DNA of 62,744 nt, the filler included. It is 5 parts of 5 records of this genome, joined end to end, with 100 filler letters (N's around TTAATTAATTAA, not from the genome) between each part and the next. Parts side by side here need not be neighbours in the genome. Positions count along the whole stretch, not along the records: positions 1 to 14,207 come from SRR20825010_3032; positions 14,308 to 45,799 come from SRR20825010_3042; 3 more parts are not named here. One strand, given 5' to 3'. A program made the position numbers and the translations under genes. Of this stretch, positions 10,368 to 20,383 are shown piece after piece (the first letter of the stretch is position 1; the number at the start of each line of letters is the position of its first letter). Below the pieces are notes generated by a model that searched no databases, was not told the DNA's origin, and saw only the letters and a program-made list of their open reading frames with translations.

Positions 10368-11243
10368 ATGCGCTTGACTGTCCTTTTCCTACTCTCCTTT
10401 CTGCTCACAACAAAAGCGCATGCCTTCCAAAATGATAGCATCCCAAATAAACGGCTAAACACTGTTTTGACCGTTAGTGGCGCTACTTACGGAGCTACAT
10501 TAATCGGGCTCAGTCAGGTTTGGTATAAAGAACAAGGCTTCGAAAGATTCAAGTTTTTCAATGACAATGCCGAATGGCATCAGGTAGATAAATTTGGGCA
10601 TTTCTATTCCACCTATCAGTTTTCGCGCATTGGCGATGGACTTTTGCAATGGGCAGGCGCTGAAGAGAAGAAAGCTGCTTTTTGGGCCAGTGTGGCTGGA
10701 ACAGGTTTACTTCTCCCTATCGAAATACTAGATGGATTTTCACCTGATTTTGGTTTTTCCTACGGGGATATGATCGCCAATACGGCTGGTTCTGCCTTCT
10801 TCCTTGGGCAAGATTTACTTTGGAATGAGCAACGCATAAAACCAAAGTTTTCCTTTCACCGAACAGACTTGGCACAGCAAAGTCGACACCTCTTAGGTAA
10901 TGGACTGGCTGAAGAACTCTTTAAGGATTACAATGGCCAAACCTATTGGTTTAGTATTGATATCCATGCTTTTGCAAAACAGTCTAATTTTCCGAAATGG
11001 CTCAACTTGGCGGTTGGTTTTGGGGCAGAAGACATGATTCGCGCCAGAGTTGTCCAAAATGATCAGGCTGGCTTTGACAGTTACCGTCAGCTTTATATGG
11101 GTATAGATTTAGACCTTTCTTATATTGAAACCGATAAAAGATGGCTCAAAACACTGCTCTTTATCTTAGATGGTATTCATATTCCTGCCCCAGCATTCGA
11201 GTTTAATTCGAGGAACTCGAAGATGCGTTGGTTCTTTTATTGA
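10368..11243 (+). CDS. DUF2279 domain protein
   Basis: Signal peptide; DKFGH, IEILDGFS, GFSYGDMIAN and KDYNGQTYW motifs. Confidence 0.8.
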   Translation: MRLTVLFLLSFLLTTKAHAFQNDSIPNKRLNTVLTVSGATYGATLIGLSQVWYKEQGFERFKFFNDNAEWHQVDKFGHFYSTYQFSRIGDGLLQWAGAEEKKAAFWASVAGTGLLLPIEILDGFSPDFGFSYGDMIANTAGSAFFLGQDLLWNEQRIKPKFSFHRTDLAQQSRHLLGNGLAEELFKDYNGQTYWFSIDIHAFAKQSNFPKWLNLAVGFGAEDMIRARVVQNDQAGFDSYRQLYMGIDLDLSYIETDKRWLKTLLFILDGIHIPAPAFEFNSRNSKMRWFFY

Positions 11244-12063
11244 AATCAATGACGTATTTAGAATCCTTTTTGCCATAAGCCGTTTCGACCGACTCATTGT
11301 AAAAAACCAGTATACTTTGATCGTAGATTTTGTAATTTGTCAAAGCTACGTTGTCATCAATCACTTTCATTACTGCGTTTCCGAAAAGGGAGATATCAGA
11401 CTGAATTACTTTTATAGTATCGGTAGATCCTCTTGAAGAGAAGTTACCAAATGTGAAGCTTGAAAATCCATCAGCCTTTAAGGTCAACTGATTTATTTCG
11501 GCCGAACTAACACTTACTTTAGCTCCCTCACATATATTTATAATAAAATGCCCTAAATTAATTACGGGGGTTACACCTGAATCATTCCGTTTTGAGCTTA
11601 TATCAACCGAACTATTACCAGAAACCCCTAAACTACTCAAGTCTAGTAAATTCATTCGAATAACCCTCTTGAATGACGTTGCAGCTTTTATTCGTCTAAA
11701 AAATAGAGTGTCATTCTTAATTTCAATTCTGCTCAAAAGATTTTCATCGTCATAACCAGGGTAATACTTAGATAAACGAATACCAAAAGGTGTCATTTTA
11801 TCACGCAACGCATTCAGCTTCTCAATATCTGCTCCTAACCACCACATTTCATTTGCCAAATTGAGCCCATCTCCAATAAAGCCATCAAGGTTCCAACCAT
11901 CCTCTACTACCAAATGTTTGAAGGGAGCTTCAAAAGGAACATAATGAACTTCATCTTTCATTCCTTTGTCGTGATTTGAAGAGAGCATAACAAAGCATAA
12001 ATACGCTACTGCAATAAAGATAAATCCGAAGAAGATAGTGAGCACCAATTTAGAAGCCTTCAT
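11203..12063 (-). CDS. Membrane-anchored hypothetical protein, GIN/DUF2807-like beta-rich C-terminus
   Basis: N-terminal TM; repeated beta-strand pattern; last gene of the ABC/GntR operon. Confidence 0.5.
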   Translation of the reverse strand: MKASKLVLTIFFGFIFIAVAYLCFVMLSSNHDKGMKDEVHYVPFEAPFKHLVVEDGWNLDGFIGDGLNLANEMWWLGADIEKLNALRDKMTPFGIRLSKYYPGYDDENLLSRIEIKNDTLFFRRIKAATSFKRVIRMNLLDLSSLGVSGNSSVDISSKRNDSGVTPVINLGHFIINICEGAKVSVSSAEINQLTLKADGFSSFTFGNFSSRGSTDTIKVIQSDISLFGNAVMKVIDDNVALTNYKIYDQSILVFYNESVETAYGKKDSKYVIDFNKRTNASSSSSN

Positions 12064-12066
12064 AAT

Positions 12067-12426
12067 TTATGATTTTCGGTTGTTAAACAATTCAACTATT
12101 TCATCCATGGACATGTCCAGCACTTCCATTTTTTCAAAGACTTGGGGTAAATCTTGCGTCAAGAATTCAGCTTTTTTCAGGCCCTTGGCCTTCGCATAAC
12201 CATTCTTTTCCACAAAATACCCAACCCCTCTTTTGTTGTAAATAATTTCTGATTCCTGGAGGTGGGTATAAGAGCGCATTACAGTATTCGGGTTTACCTC
12301 CAACCCCACAGCCAAATCTCGTACGGAAGGGATTCTTTCGTCTTCCTTCCATTGCTTCCTAATAATCATGGAAAGCATGATGTCAGCAATTTGAAGGAAT
12401 ATGGGTTTGTTATCTTCGAACTCCAT
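12067..12426 (-). CDS. GntR family regulator, YtrA subfamily
   Basis: 119 aa; PIFLQIAD, IPSVRDLA..LEVNPNTV, KRGVGYFV. Confidence 0.9.
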   Translation of the reverse strand: MEFEDNKPIFLQIADIMLSMIIRKQWKEDERIPSVRDLAVGLEVNPNTVMRSYTHLQESEIIYNKRGVGYFVEKNGYAKAKGLKKAEFLTQDLPQVFEKMEVLDMSMDEIVELFNNRKS

Positions 12427-12427
12427 C

Positions 12428-13174
12428 TTACGCCTCTTTTTCCTTTAGTTTCAGGAAAGCCAACAGCCAAAAAACTATCCCAACTGGGATGGTTAAGAAG
12501 TGCCAATTGTGCATTACTGAGCCATAGAAAAGTTTATTCATGGCTAATTCACCCATTCCTTTTGAAAAATCAATACTCAAATAAGCAGCATAGAATAACA
12601 AAGCAGCAATGCCCGCAACCAATAAAGCCCACAATATTATTTTCATTAAAGGAATTTTTTGAAAGCTGGCTGCACCAAAGAGGAATACGGCTTGTATAAA
12701 AAAGTAAATAATCAAGCCCAAACTGTGTGGTGCCATATTCAAACTAAAAGGCATAAAGAAAGCTTGTAAAACATTATTTAACATGCTATTCGCAACGACC
12801 GAAAATAGCCAATAGCTAAGTAAGAAGAACAAGGGATAAACCAAACTCGTAAGCAAAACCTCACTAATAAATTTCTCTATATTACTGGCCGCAATCATTA
12901 AGTAATCAATAGTGCCTAGCTTAGAACGGAGACGAATAAAGCTACTTCCCGAAAAAACAAAGCCAGAAACATAAAGAGAAATAACAAAAAGATACTCATG
13001 CTGATTAAAATACATATCACTTTCAATCTCTCCGAAAATACTGAATATAAATAGATATAAAACGGCAACCCCCAAACCAATACAGGCAGTATAGAGCATT
13101 CGCTTTAGGTTGAGGTGAAGGCTAAGCTTAACCAAGCTCATCAACCTCGGAATACTTATTACTGAATTATTCAT
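12428..13174 (-). CDS. ABC-2-type transporter permease
   Basis: About 6 TM; YLMIAASNIEKF motif; start MNNS overlaps the ATPase stop. Confidence 0.75.
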   Translation of the reverse strand: MNNSVISIPRLMSLVKLSLHLNLKRMLYTACIGLGVAVLYLFIFSIFGEIESDMYFNQHEYLFVISLYVSGFVFSGSSFIRLRSKLGTIDYLMIAASNIEKFISEVLLTSLVYPLFFLLSYWLFSVVANSMLNNVLQAFFMPFSLNMAPHSLGLIIYFFIQAVFLFGAASFQKIPLMKIILWALLVAGIAALLFYAAYLSIDFSKGMGELAMNKLFYGSVMHNWHFLTIPVGIVFWLLAFLKLKEKEA

Positions 13175-14003
13175 GAGCTGTTGTTTTGAATTTTTCGGGA
13201 TGAGCAACAATGCCAGTGAAGAGTAACTCTAAGTCAATTTTTGATTCTTGATTCCCTTGCGACCGAACAATGGCCTTTCCGTTACCTAAACCTCTTTCAT
13301 GGTAGAGCCATTGGGTAGAATCAGGAACGTTATCGGTGGACACAAAATCGTATTGGTTAGAAATGTCTTCTGTGCTTTTATTGAAAATGATAGTGCCATT
13401 GTTAAGCACCAAAACCCTGTCAATTAGATTTCCCAAATCCCGCACTTGATGGGTAGAAATAAGAATAAGCTTGTCATTAGTCATGCTAGAGGCCACCAGT
13501 TTTCGGAATACGCTTTTAGACGGAATATCCAGCCCGTTGGTGGGTTCATCAAATACCAATAGTGAACAACCAGAAGCCAAACCGAAGGATATATAAAACT
13601 GCTTTTTCTGGCCGTAAGATAAGTTTTTCAGGTTCTCGGATGCATCGACCCCAAAGCTGATCATGTTTGAAGCAAATGCCTCATGATCGAAATTGGGATA
13701 GAATGGTGCATAAAGGGCCACATGTTTATCCATTCGTAGGTTAGACTCTTCAATTTCTTCGGGCAGAAAGTAAACATTACTTAAAAACTGAGGACTACGC
13801 TTTGAAGGAGTCTCCCCTAGCATTTGACATTCACCTGCCTTGGGATAAAGCAAGCCCGTGAGTATTTTAATAAGGCTTGTTTTACCCGCCCCATTTTTCC
13901 CCAATAAGCCAACAATATTTCCTTGACTCAACTCAAGATTGAGTTCATGAAACAGCTCCTTTTTCTTGGCGTAATGAAATGATAAGTTTTTGACTGCGAT
14001 CAT
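13167..14003 (-). CDS. ABC transporter ATP-binding protein
   Basis: Walker A GKNGAGKT, signature LSYGQ, Walker B LLVFDEP, H-loop STH. Confidence 0.92.
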   Translation of the reverse strand: MIAVKNLSFHYAKKKELFHELNLELSQGNIVGLLGKNGAGKTSLIKILTGLLYPKAGECQMLGETPSKRSPQFLSNVYFLPEEIEESNLRMDKHVALYAPFYPNFDHEAFASNMISFGVDASENLKNLSYGQKKQFYISFGLASGCSLLVFDEPTNGLDIPSKSVFRKLVASSMTNDKLILISTHQVRDLGNLIDRVLVLNNGTIIFNKSTEDISNQYDFVSTDNVPDSTQWLYHERGLGNGKAIVRSQGNQESKIDLELLFTGIVAHPEKFKTTAHE

Positions 14004-14008
14004 ATTTT

Positions 14009-14032
14009 AGTGTATTAGATAACTAGTACACT
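14009..14032. promoter_or_regulatory. YtrA-type GntR operator palindrome
   Basis: AGTGTATTAGATAACTAGTACACT is a near-perfect inverted repeat 5 nt upstream of the ATPase start; resembles YtrA boxes. Confidence 0.7.
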
Positions 14033-14134
14033 GCAACAATATGAAAAAGAAATTTCAGATGCAAATACTTTTGACATTTCATTCTTATGATCTCTCTATA
14101 AAACCATGATTGTTTCCCTACCTTTACCATTGAT

Positions 14135-14207
14135 ACAAGCCACCTTATCGCTGCGACTAGAGTAATCGAAATCGGAGAGGAAAGTCCGGGCACCATAGGG
14201 AAGCATA
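14135..14207 (+). ncRNA. rnpB: RNase P RNA, 5' part (truncated by contig end)
   Basis: Universally conserved GAGGAAAGTCCGGGC; 5' boundary approximate. Confidence 0.88.
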
Positions 14208-14307
14208 NNNNNNNNNNNNNNNNNNNNNNNNNNNNNNNNNNNNNNNNNNNNTTAATTAATTAANNNNNNNNNNNNNNNNNNNNNNNNNNNNNNNNNNNNN
14301 NNNNNNN
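14208..14307. other. Contig-join spacer
   Basis: 100-nt N run with TTAATTAATTAA (stops in all frames). Confidence 0.97.
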
Positions 14308-14369
14308 AGACACGCTAGACTTAGGATCTAGTGCCGCGAGGTGTGTGGGTTCGAGTCCCTCCATCCGCA
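14308..14369 (+). tRNA. tRNA-Leu(TAG), 5'-truncated
   Basis: Anticodon arm CTAGA-CTTAGGA-TCTAG, long variable arm, GGTTCGAGTCC T-loop; upstream of tig. Confidence 0.9.
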
Positions 14370-14438
14370 CAAAAAAAAGAATGGTGTAAGATGACTTATG
14401 CCATTTTTTGTTTGGAATTAACGTAAAACAAAAGTAAA

Positions 14439-15791
14439 ATGAATGTTGTTCGTGAAGACGTGGATGCTTTAAATGCATTGTTGAAAGTTCAGGTTCAGCC
14501 TGAGGATTACCAAGTTAAGGTAAAAGAAACGCTAAATAAATACAGAAAGACGGCTAAAATTCCTGGATTCCGTCCTGGAAATGTTCCTTTCGGTTTAATC
14601 GAAAAGCAGTACGGTAAGTCTGTGTTGGTTGAAGAGCTTAACAAAGTGATCAACGAAGGTATTCAAGCGTATCTTTCAGAAAACAAGGTAGAAGTTCTAG
14701 GAAATCCTATTCCAAAAGAAGGAGTAGAGGTAGAAGGTGACTTCAACAAACCTGCTGAGTTCAAATTTACGTACGAAATTGGATTGGCTCCGAAAGTAGA
14801 AGTTAAATTGTCTAACAAAGACAAATACGATTATTTAAAAGTAAAAGTTGACGGAGACTTAATCGGAAAGCAAATTGAAGATCTTAGACGTCGTTACGGG
14901 AAATTAGTTTCTAGTGATGCAGTTGGAGAAAGCGACATGATTATGGCGCAATTTGTTGAGTTAAACGACGACGAATCAATCAAAGAAGGAGGAATTCTTC
15001 ATTCATCAACAGTTTCAATGGAATTGGTGAAAGATGAGGCAACAAAGAAAAGCTTCCTTGGTAAAAAGATTGGCGATAAAGTAATTGCTTCTCCTTTAAA
15101 TGTTTCTCGTGGTGGAAAAGATACGGCTTCAATGCTAGGAATCGACGAAGCTATTCTTGAAACTGTTTCGGATAAATTCCAACTGACAATCAATGAGATC
15201 AAAGCAATGGAATTGGCTGAGTTGAACCAAGAATTGTTTGACAAATTATTCGGTGAAGGAACAATTTCTTCAGAAAAAGAATTGAAAGATCGCGTGAAAA
15301 CGGATTTGGAAGGAATGTTTGTGAACGATTCAGACCGTATTTTAACAAGAGACGTTTACGAAAATCTTGTTGAAAACACGAAAGTCGATCTACCAGATGG
15401 TTTCTTGAAGCGTTGGATTAAAATCTCGAATGAGAAAGAAGTCACAATGGAGCAAATCGAAGCGGATTACGATAATTATGCGAAAAGCTTGAAATGGCAA
15501 TTGATCCAAGGAAATATTTTCAAAGCGAACGAAATTAAATTGGAGAACGAAGAAGTAATCGACTTCACAAAAGGATTGTTGGTAAGCAATTATGCACAAT
15601 ACGGAATGCCAGCACCAGAAGATGCTGAGTTAACAGCTTCTGCAATGCAAGTGTTGCAAAACCGTGAAGAAGCAAATCGTGTGTACGATATGTTGGCTGA
15701 ACGCAAATTGACGAACTTCTTCAAAAGCACAGTTAAATTAAACGAAAAAGAAATTTCTTACGATGATTTCGTTGCTATTGCTTCGAAGTAG
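14439..15791 (+). CDS. tig: Trigger factor
   Basis: Ribosome-binding motif IPGFRPGNVP; 450 aa. Confidence 0.93.
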   Translation: MNVVREDVDALNALLKVQVQPEDYQVKVKETLNKYRKTAKIPGFRPGNVPFGLIEKQYGKSVLVEELNKVINEGIQAYLSENKVEVLGNPIPKEGVEVEGDFNKPAEFKFTYEIGLAPKVEVKLSNKDKYDYLKVKVDGDLIGKQIEDLRRRYGKLVSSDAVGESDMIMAQFVELNDDESIKEGGILHSSTVSMELVKDEATKKSFLGKKIGDKVIASPLNVSRGGKDTASMLGIDEAILETVSDKFQLTINEIKAMELAELNQELFDKLFGEGTISSEKELKDRVKTDLEGMFVNDSDRILTRDVYENLVENTKVDLPDGFLKRWIKISNEKEVTMEQIEADYDNYAKSLKWQLIQGNIFKANEIKLENEEVIDFTKGLLVSNYAQYGMPAPEDAELTASAMQVLQNREEANRVYDMLAERKLTNFFKSTVKLNEKEISYDDFVAIASK

Positions 15792-15814
15792 AACAGAAAT
15801 TTTTCAATGATATG

Positions 15815-15847
15815 AAATCCCATTCGAGCTTCGAGTGGGATTTTTTT
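15815..15847 (+). terminator. Rho-independent terminator after tig
   Basis: AAATCCCATTCGAGCTTCGAGTGGGATTTTTTT hairpin plus T-run. Confidence 0.8.
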
Positions 15848-15882
15848 GTGGGGTAGATCGTCATCCAAACAAAATAGCTAAC

Positions 15883-15910
15883 TTTGATAGTATCAAATGA
15901 TAGTATCAAA
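15883..15910. promoter_or_regulatory. Tandem palindromic operator upstream of fic
   Basis: TTTGATAGTATCAAA then TGATAGTATCAAA, overlapping a TAACTTTG -7 element and abutting the ATG. Confidence 0.6.
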
Positions 15911-16873
15911 ATGACACCTCCATACGAAGTCACTCATCAAATTCTAAAATTGATTAGCTCAATATCTGAGAAAATCGGACAAATAAATGCCAAGTTTTTA
16001 AATAGACCATCTCCAAAACTTAGAAAGGAAAACCGAATTAAAACCATTCATTCATCGCTGAGCATAGAAGGTAATACGCTCACAGAAGAGCAAATAACCG
16101 CTTTATTGGATAATAAAAGAATCGTTGGTCCTATTAGAGATGTCACGGAGGTTATGAACGCCATAAAAGTTTATAGCAACTTGAGTTCTTATGATCCATT
16201 CTCTCAAAGTTCATTTTTAGAAGCGCATAAAGAAATGATGGAAGGATTAATCAATTCCGCTGGAGAGTATAGAAGAAAGGGAGTTGGGATCGTAAAAGGG
16301 GATAAAGTAGTGCACATGTCGCCTCCTGCAGACAGGGTGGCATTCCTTATGTCGGATTTGTTCGACTATCTTCAGAATTCAGAAGAAATCGAGCTCATAA
16401 AAAGTTGTGTTTTTCACTACGAGATGGAATTTATTCACCCATTTGACGACGGAAACGGTCGAATGGGAAGACTTTGGCAATCGTTAATACTCATGGAATC
16501 TTTTCCTGTGTTTGAATTTATTCCATTTGAAAGTCTTATTAGTAGTGGACAAAGTGAGTATTATGCCGCCTTAGCTGAAAGTGATAAACAAGGAAAATCA
16601 ACACCTTTCATTACCTACATGCTGGCAACTATTGATCAATCGCTGTATGAAATGTTGAATTTCAAGAGTAGAATAATGACATCTGAGGATAGAATTATGT
16701 ATTTCTCGGAGATTACTAGCGATTTTTTTACGCGTAAGAATTATATGTTCACTTTCACAGATATCTCTTCGGCAACAGCTAGTAGAGACCTAAAACTTGG
16801 AGTGCAACTTGGAATCTTTGTAAAAGAGGGCGACAAGAAAAATACTACTTATTCTTTGAGAGGTAAATCATAG
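15911..16873 (+). CDS. Fic family protein with C-terminal winged HTH
   Basis: Canonical HPFDDGNGRMGR; SLSIEGN inhibitory motif; C-terminal ISSATASRDL HTH. Start MTPP. Confidence 0.9.
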   Translation: MTPPYEVTHQILKLISSISEKIGQINAKFLNRPSPKLRKENRIKTIHSSLSIEGNTLTEEQITALLDNKRIVGPIRDVTEVMNAIKVYSNLSSYDPFSQSSFLEAHKEMMEGLINSAGEYRRKGVGIVKGDKVVHMSPPADRVAFLMSDLFDYLQNSEEIELIKSCVFHYEMEFIHPFDDGNGRMGRLWQSLILMESFPVFEFIPFESLISSGQSEYYAALAESDKQGKSTPFITYMLATIDQSLYEMLNFKSRIMTSEDRIMYFSEITSDFFTRKNYMFTFTDISSATASRDLKLGVQLGIFVKEGDKKNTTYSLRGKS

Positions 16874-16900
16874 TCGTTTTCGAGAAAGTGGTCATAGAAT

Positions 16901-16933
16901 AAAAAAGGCCTTGACAGTAATCGTCAAGGCTTT
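16901..16933. terminator. Bidirectional terminator
   Basis: A6-GGCCTTGAC...GTCAAGGC-TTT between convergent genes. Confidence 0.7.
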
Positions 16934-16954
16934 AAATTGCTGATAATCAACGAA

Positions 16955-17236
16955 CTATTCTACTGTAATGCAACCATCTTTGATTGTTACCTTCGCTCCG
17001 TCTTTAACTTTAACCCATCCGCAAGAAGTTTTAATTTCCACTACAGATGCGCTCGTTTGGATAGAAGTAGACCCAGACGTAGAACTATTAAATTCTACTT
17101 TTTGAGTAGAGCCGTTCGATCTAACTTCCATTGTATGTTTTTTAGAATCTTTGTTGTAGTACTTGATTGTGAATGCACTTGCTACGTTCGCTAGAAAAAT
17201 AAAAGCCAACGATAAAAACATCATTTTTAATTTCAT
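16955..17236 (-). CDS. Small secreted hypothetical protein
   Basis: Signal peptide ending ASA; 72-aa beta-rich mature part with two Cys. Confidence 0.7.
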   Translation of the reverse strand: MKLKMMFLSLAFIFLANVASAFTIKYYNKDSKKHTMEVRSNGSTQKVEFNSSTSGSTSIQTSASVVEIKTSCGWVKVKDGAKVTIKDGCITVE

Positions 17237-17441
17237 AATTTTTGATTTATAGGTGTGTTGATTGAATGTAAATATATGAATATTACACTCTTCTTCATTG
17301 TTTTCATGAAATGAATAACTATAATTGATTCCTACTTTAGAAGAAGTGTTGCCAATTTACAAAGGGAGATGTAAACGTCTCATTTTAGTCCGTTTATAGT
17401 ATAGGGTTTTGTGCTGAGGTCAACATGTTTTAAGGAAAACA

Positions 17442-18248
17442 ATGAACAAACTAGAAACAGGCGAATTTTACGGAACGCATTACCAAAAGTCAAGTTATGA
17501 TAATATCATTCTGACGGATACCATGTACACCGAGAGCCGAGTTGATTGGCACTATCACGAAAATGCCTATTTCACATACCTTCTTCAAGGGAAATTATTT
17601 GAGTATGATAAGAAAAAAACGCACCTTTTAGCACCTGGAAGTTTATTATTTCATAATTGGCAAGACGCTCATTACAACATCAAACCGCCAGAAACAACAC
17701 GAGGTTTTCATATTGAGATTAAAGAAGATTGGTTTTCAAAATATGACGTTTCGACAGCAGTTGCAGAAGGCAGCGTTGACTTAAAAAGCCCGTTGGTGAA
17801 GAGTTTAATGAATAAACTATTCGTTGAATCTAAAACGAATGATCAGTACTCAAAAATGAGCATAGAAACACTTTTGTTAGATGTTTTCGGAACGATTCAG
17901 GAAGAGGGAGAGATGTCTGCGAAGAAACCTTTCTGGGTGAGTAAGCTTCAAGCACTAATTTTAGAGGAAGAAATCGATTACTCGCTGAAAAATTTAAGCG
18001 CCATTTTAGAAATCCACCCAATTCATTTGTCCAGAGAATTTAGCAGGTATTTTGGGACCAGTCTTGGAAACTACATTCGATTGCTAAAACTCAATAAGGC
18101 ATTCCACTTGCTGACAACCAAGCAATTTTCCATGACAGAAATTTGCTATCGATGCGGTTTTTATGATCAAAGCCATTTTATCTCCAATTTTAAACGAGTA
18201 TATCATAGAACTCCAACAAAACTGCTCCGCGAAATAGAGGGACGTTAA
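17442..18248 (+). CDS. AraC family transcriptional regulator
   Basis: N-terminal cupin (WHYHEN); C-terminal CGFYDQSHF HTH. Confidence 0.9.
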   Translation: MNKLETGEFYGTHYQKSSYDNIILTDTMYTESRVDWHYHENAYFTYLLQGKLFEYDKKKTHLLAPGSLLFHNWQDAHYNIKPPETTRGFHIEIKEDWFSKYDVSTAVAEGSVDLKSPLVKSLMNKLFVESKTNDQYSKMSIETLLLDVFGTIQEEGEMSAKKPFWVSKLQALILEEEIDYSLKNLSAILEIHPIHLSREFSRYFGTSLGNYIRLLKLNKAFHLLTTKQFSMTEICYRCGFYDQSHFISNFKRVYHRTPTKLLREIEGR

Positions 18249-18309
18249 TTTTATACAATTCTCGTAAGAGTTAAAACCTAAACTTTACCGTTTCTCTAAA
18301 ATCAGTTAA

Positions 18310-19965
18310 ATGAGACTTCAATACATTCTATTTTGCTTTTTCACAGTTGTCACTTTTGGCTTTTACGCCCAAGATATGGAGACCTACACGGACGGTTGGG
18401 AAGGAACGATTCACAACTCAAGAATATTCAGTTTAAACATCGAAATAGAAAACTTCGGAGAAGAGAATGCAAGTTTAACGATCTCAAATGCGGAGAATAC
18501 TACGAGTTATCCGATTCAACAGATTGAAAAAGATGAAATTAATGCAGTGTTTGGAGGTGATTTACTTTTTGAAGGGGTTCTATCAGAAACAGGAAGTGAA
18601 GTCAACGGATTCATAAAATCTGGATTGCTTCTTTATCACGTAAAATTGCTAAAATCAACGACAAATTCGTTTGTTGGAACGTGGAATTTGCTAATGGTTG
18701 ACGAACTGAAATCGCCCCGCTTTTATTTAAGTGTTGAGAACGGTTCGAAAGATAATTACGAAGCGTATCCCATTTTTGGAGATGACCGATTTACAGGAAC
18801 GTGGTGCGATAATTTTCAAAAAGAGAATGAACAAATCTCATTTACAGATTTCAAAACGGGACTGCAGTTCAAAGGCAAATTGCTTTCTGAGAAAATTCAA
18901 TTGGAGATGTATGCAGGTGATTTTTTGATTACTCAACTTGTGTTAAAAAGATCAGAAGTAGATTGGGAAATTGGTGGTTTTAGTTCGTCGAACGAGGCGT
19001 TTGAACTTCAGTTGAGTGAAATGGAATTACTCATTTCTAACAAATCACTTCCCAATACACATTCCGTTTTGATTTCGAGAAAAGGGGAGTTGATTTATGA
19101 GAAATACTTTGACGGTTACCAAGTAAATCTCCCACATGACATGCGCTCCGCATCTAAAAGTATTTCGTCAGCAATTGTCGGAATAGCAAAGGACAATGCG
19201 CTGTTTAGCAATGTTGAGCAGTCCATTTTTGATTTTCTTCCAGAGAAATACCTCGTTTACAAGGATAGCATGAAGTCGAAAATTGACATTCAAAGTCTGT
19301 TGACAATGAGTTCAGGATTGGACGCCATTGATTACGGAATTAACGCGAATCCCAAATCTCCCGCGGTGGAAGATAATTATCAACGAACAAAAGACTGGAC
19401 AGAAACGATCTTAAATTCTCCGATGATTCACGCTCCGAACACAAAGGCGAATTATGGCTCTGCGAATCCATATTTACTGGGAATTGCTGTCGATTCAATG
19501 GTAACCGAGCCGTTGGAGTTATTCATGGACGAAAAATTGTTTCAAAAACTGGAAATCACGAATTATATTATCCAAACAGATTTGAAAGGGAGTCCATATT
19601 TTGGCGGAGGAATGTATTTGACGCCAAGAGATATGTTGAAATTTGGAGAACTCTATTTGAACAAGGGAAAGCATGGAAAGAAGCGCGTTTTATCCAAGAA
19701 ATGGATTAAAGCGTCATTAAAAAATTACCGTGTTCTGGAGAATACAAAAGATAAGAATGGCTACGGATATCTTTGGTGGCATGGCTCTTATCAGGTTGGT
19801 AAGAAAACCATTGAAACGCTTGAAGCTCGAGGCGCAGGAGGACAATACATTTTTGTAGTTCCCAGTCTCAACATAGTAGCTGTGATTACTTCAGGAAATT
19901 TTCAGAACGGAAAGACGCAGCAACCAGAGGCTATTTTTCAGAAATACATTTTACCTCATCTGTAG
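18310..19965 (+). CDS. Secreted serine hydrolase, beta-lactamase class C-like
   Basis: Signal peptide; SASK, LLTMSSG, YGS, ARGAGGQ motifs. Confidence 0.85.
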   Translation: MRLQYILFCFFTVVTFGFYAQDMETYTDGWEGTIHNSRIFSLNIEIENFGEENASLTISNAENTTSYPIQQIEKDEINAVFGGDLLFEGVLSETGSEVNGFIKSGLLLYHVKLLKSTTNSFVGTWNLLMVDELKSPRFYLSVENGSKDNYEAYPIFGDDRFTGTWCDNFQKENEQISFTDFKTGLQFKGKLLSEKIQLEMYAGDFLITQLVLKRSEVDWEIGGFSSSNEAFELQLSEMELLISNKSLPNTHSVLISRKGELIYEKYFDGYQVNLPHDMRSASKSISSAIVGIAKDNALFSNVEQSIFDFLPEKYLVYKDSMKSKIDIQSLLTMSSGLDAIDYGINANPKSPAVEDNYQRTKDWTETILNSPMIHAPNTKANYGSANPYLLGIAVDSMVTEPLELFMDEKLFQKLEITNYIIQTDLKGSPYFGGGMYLTPRDMLKFGELYLNKGKHGKKRVLSKKWIKASLKNYRVLENTKDKNGYGYLWWHGSYQVGKKTIETLEARGAGGQYIFVVPSLNIVAVITSGNFQNGKTQQPEAIFQKYILPHL

Positions 19966-20010
19966 ACTAGAAACCGACGGATTTTAGAAAAAAAATCAAT
20001 TTTAATTTGT

Positions 20011-20052
20011 GCAGTTAAATGATTGCGTATATATTTGCAGTCAAATAACTGC
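20011..20052. promoter_or_regulatory. Paired ArsR-type operator palindromes flanking a -7 element
   Basis: GCAGTTAAATGATTGC (20011-20026) and GCAGTCAAATAACTGC (20037-20052) with TATATTTG between them. Confidence 0.6.
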
Positions 20053-20055
20053 ATA

Positions 20056-20379
20056 ATGAAATTACGAAGAGATGTATTTCAAGCCATTGCCGATCCAACG
20101 CGAAGAATGATTATTTCGCTGGTTGCGCTTCAGGCTATGACTCCAACAGCAATTGCCGAGAATTTTGATTCTTCCAGACAAACCATTTCAAAACATATTC
20201 AGATTCTTACGGAGTGCGACATTCTGGTACAAGAGCAAACTGGCCGAGAAATTTATTATCAGCTTAATCCGAACGGAATGAAAGAAATAGCTGATTTTAT
20301 TGAGCCGTTCAGAAAAATGTGGGATGACCGATTTGATAAATTGGAAGAAGCCATGAAAAAACATCAATCGAAAAAATAG
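20056..20379 (+). CDS. ArsR/SmtB family regulator
   Basis: [26 protein letters not shown]. Confidence 0.9.
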   Translation: MKLRRDVFQAIADPTRRMIISLVALQAMTPTAIAENFDSSRQTISKHIQILTECDILVQEQTGREIYYQLNPNGMKEIADFIEPFRKMWDDRFDKLEEAMKKHQSKK

Positions 20380-20383
20380 CCAG

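Noticed and set aside
14135-14369. rnpB adjacent to tRNA-Leu/tig
   Set aside because: Separated by an artificial spacer; different contigs.
18310-19965. Antibiotic-resistance beta-lactamase
   Set aside because: The SxxK fold is shared by many esterases and peptidases; no AmpC-specific evidence.
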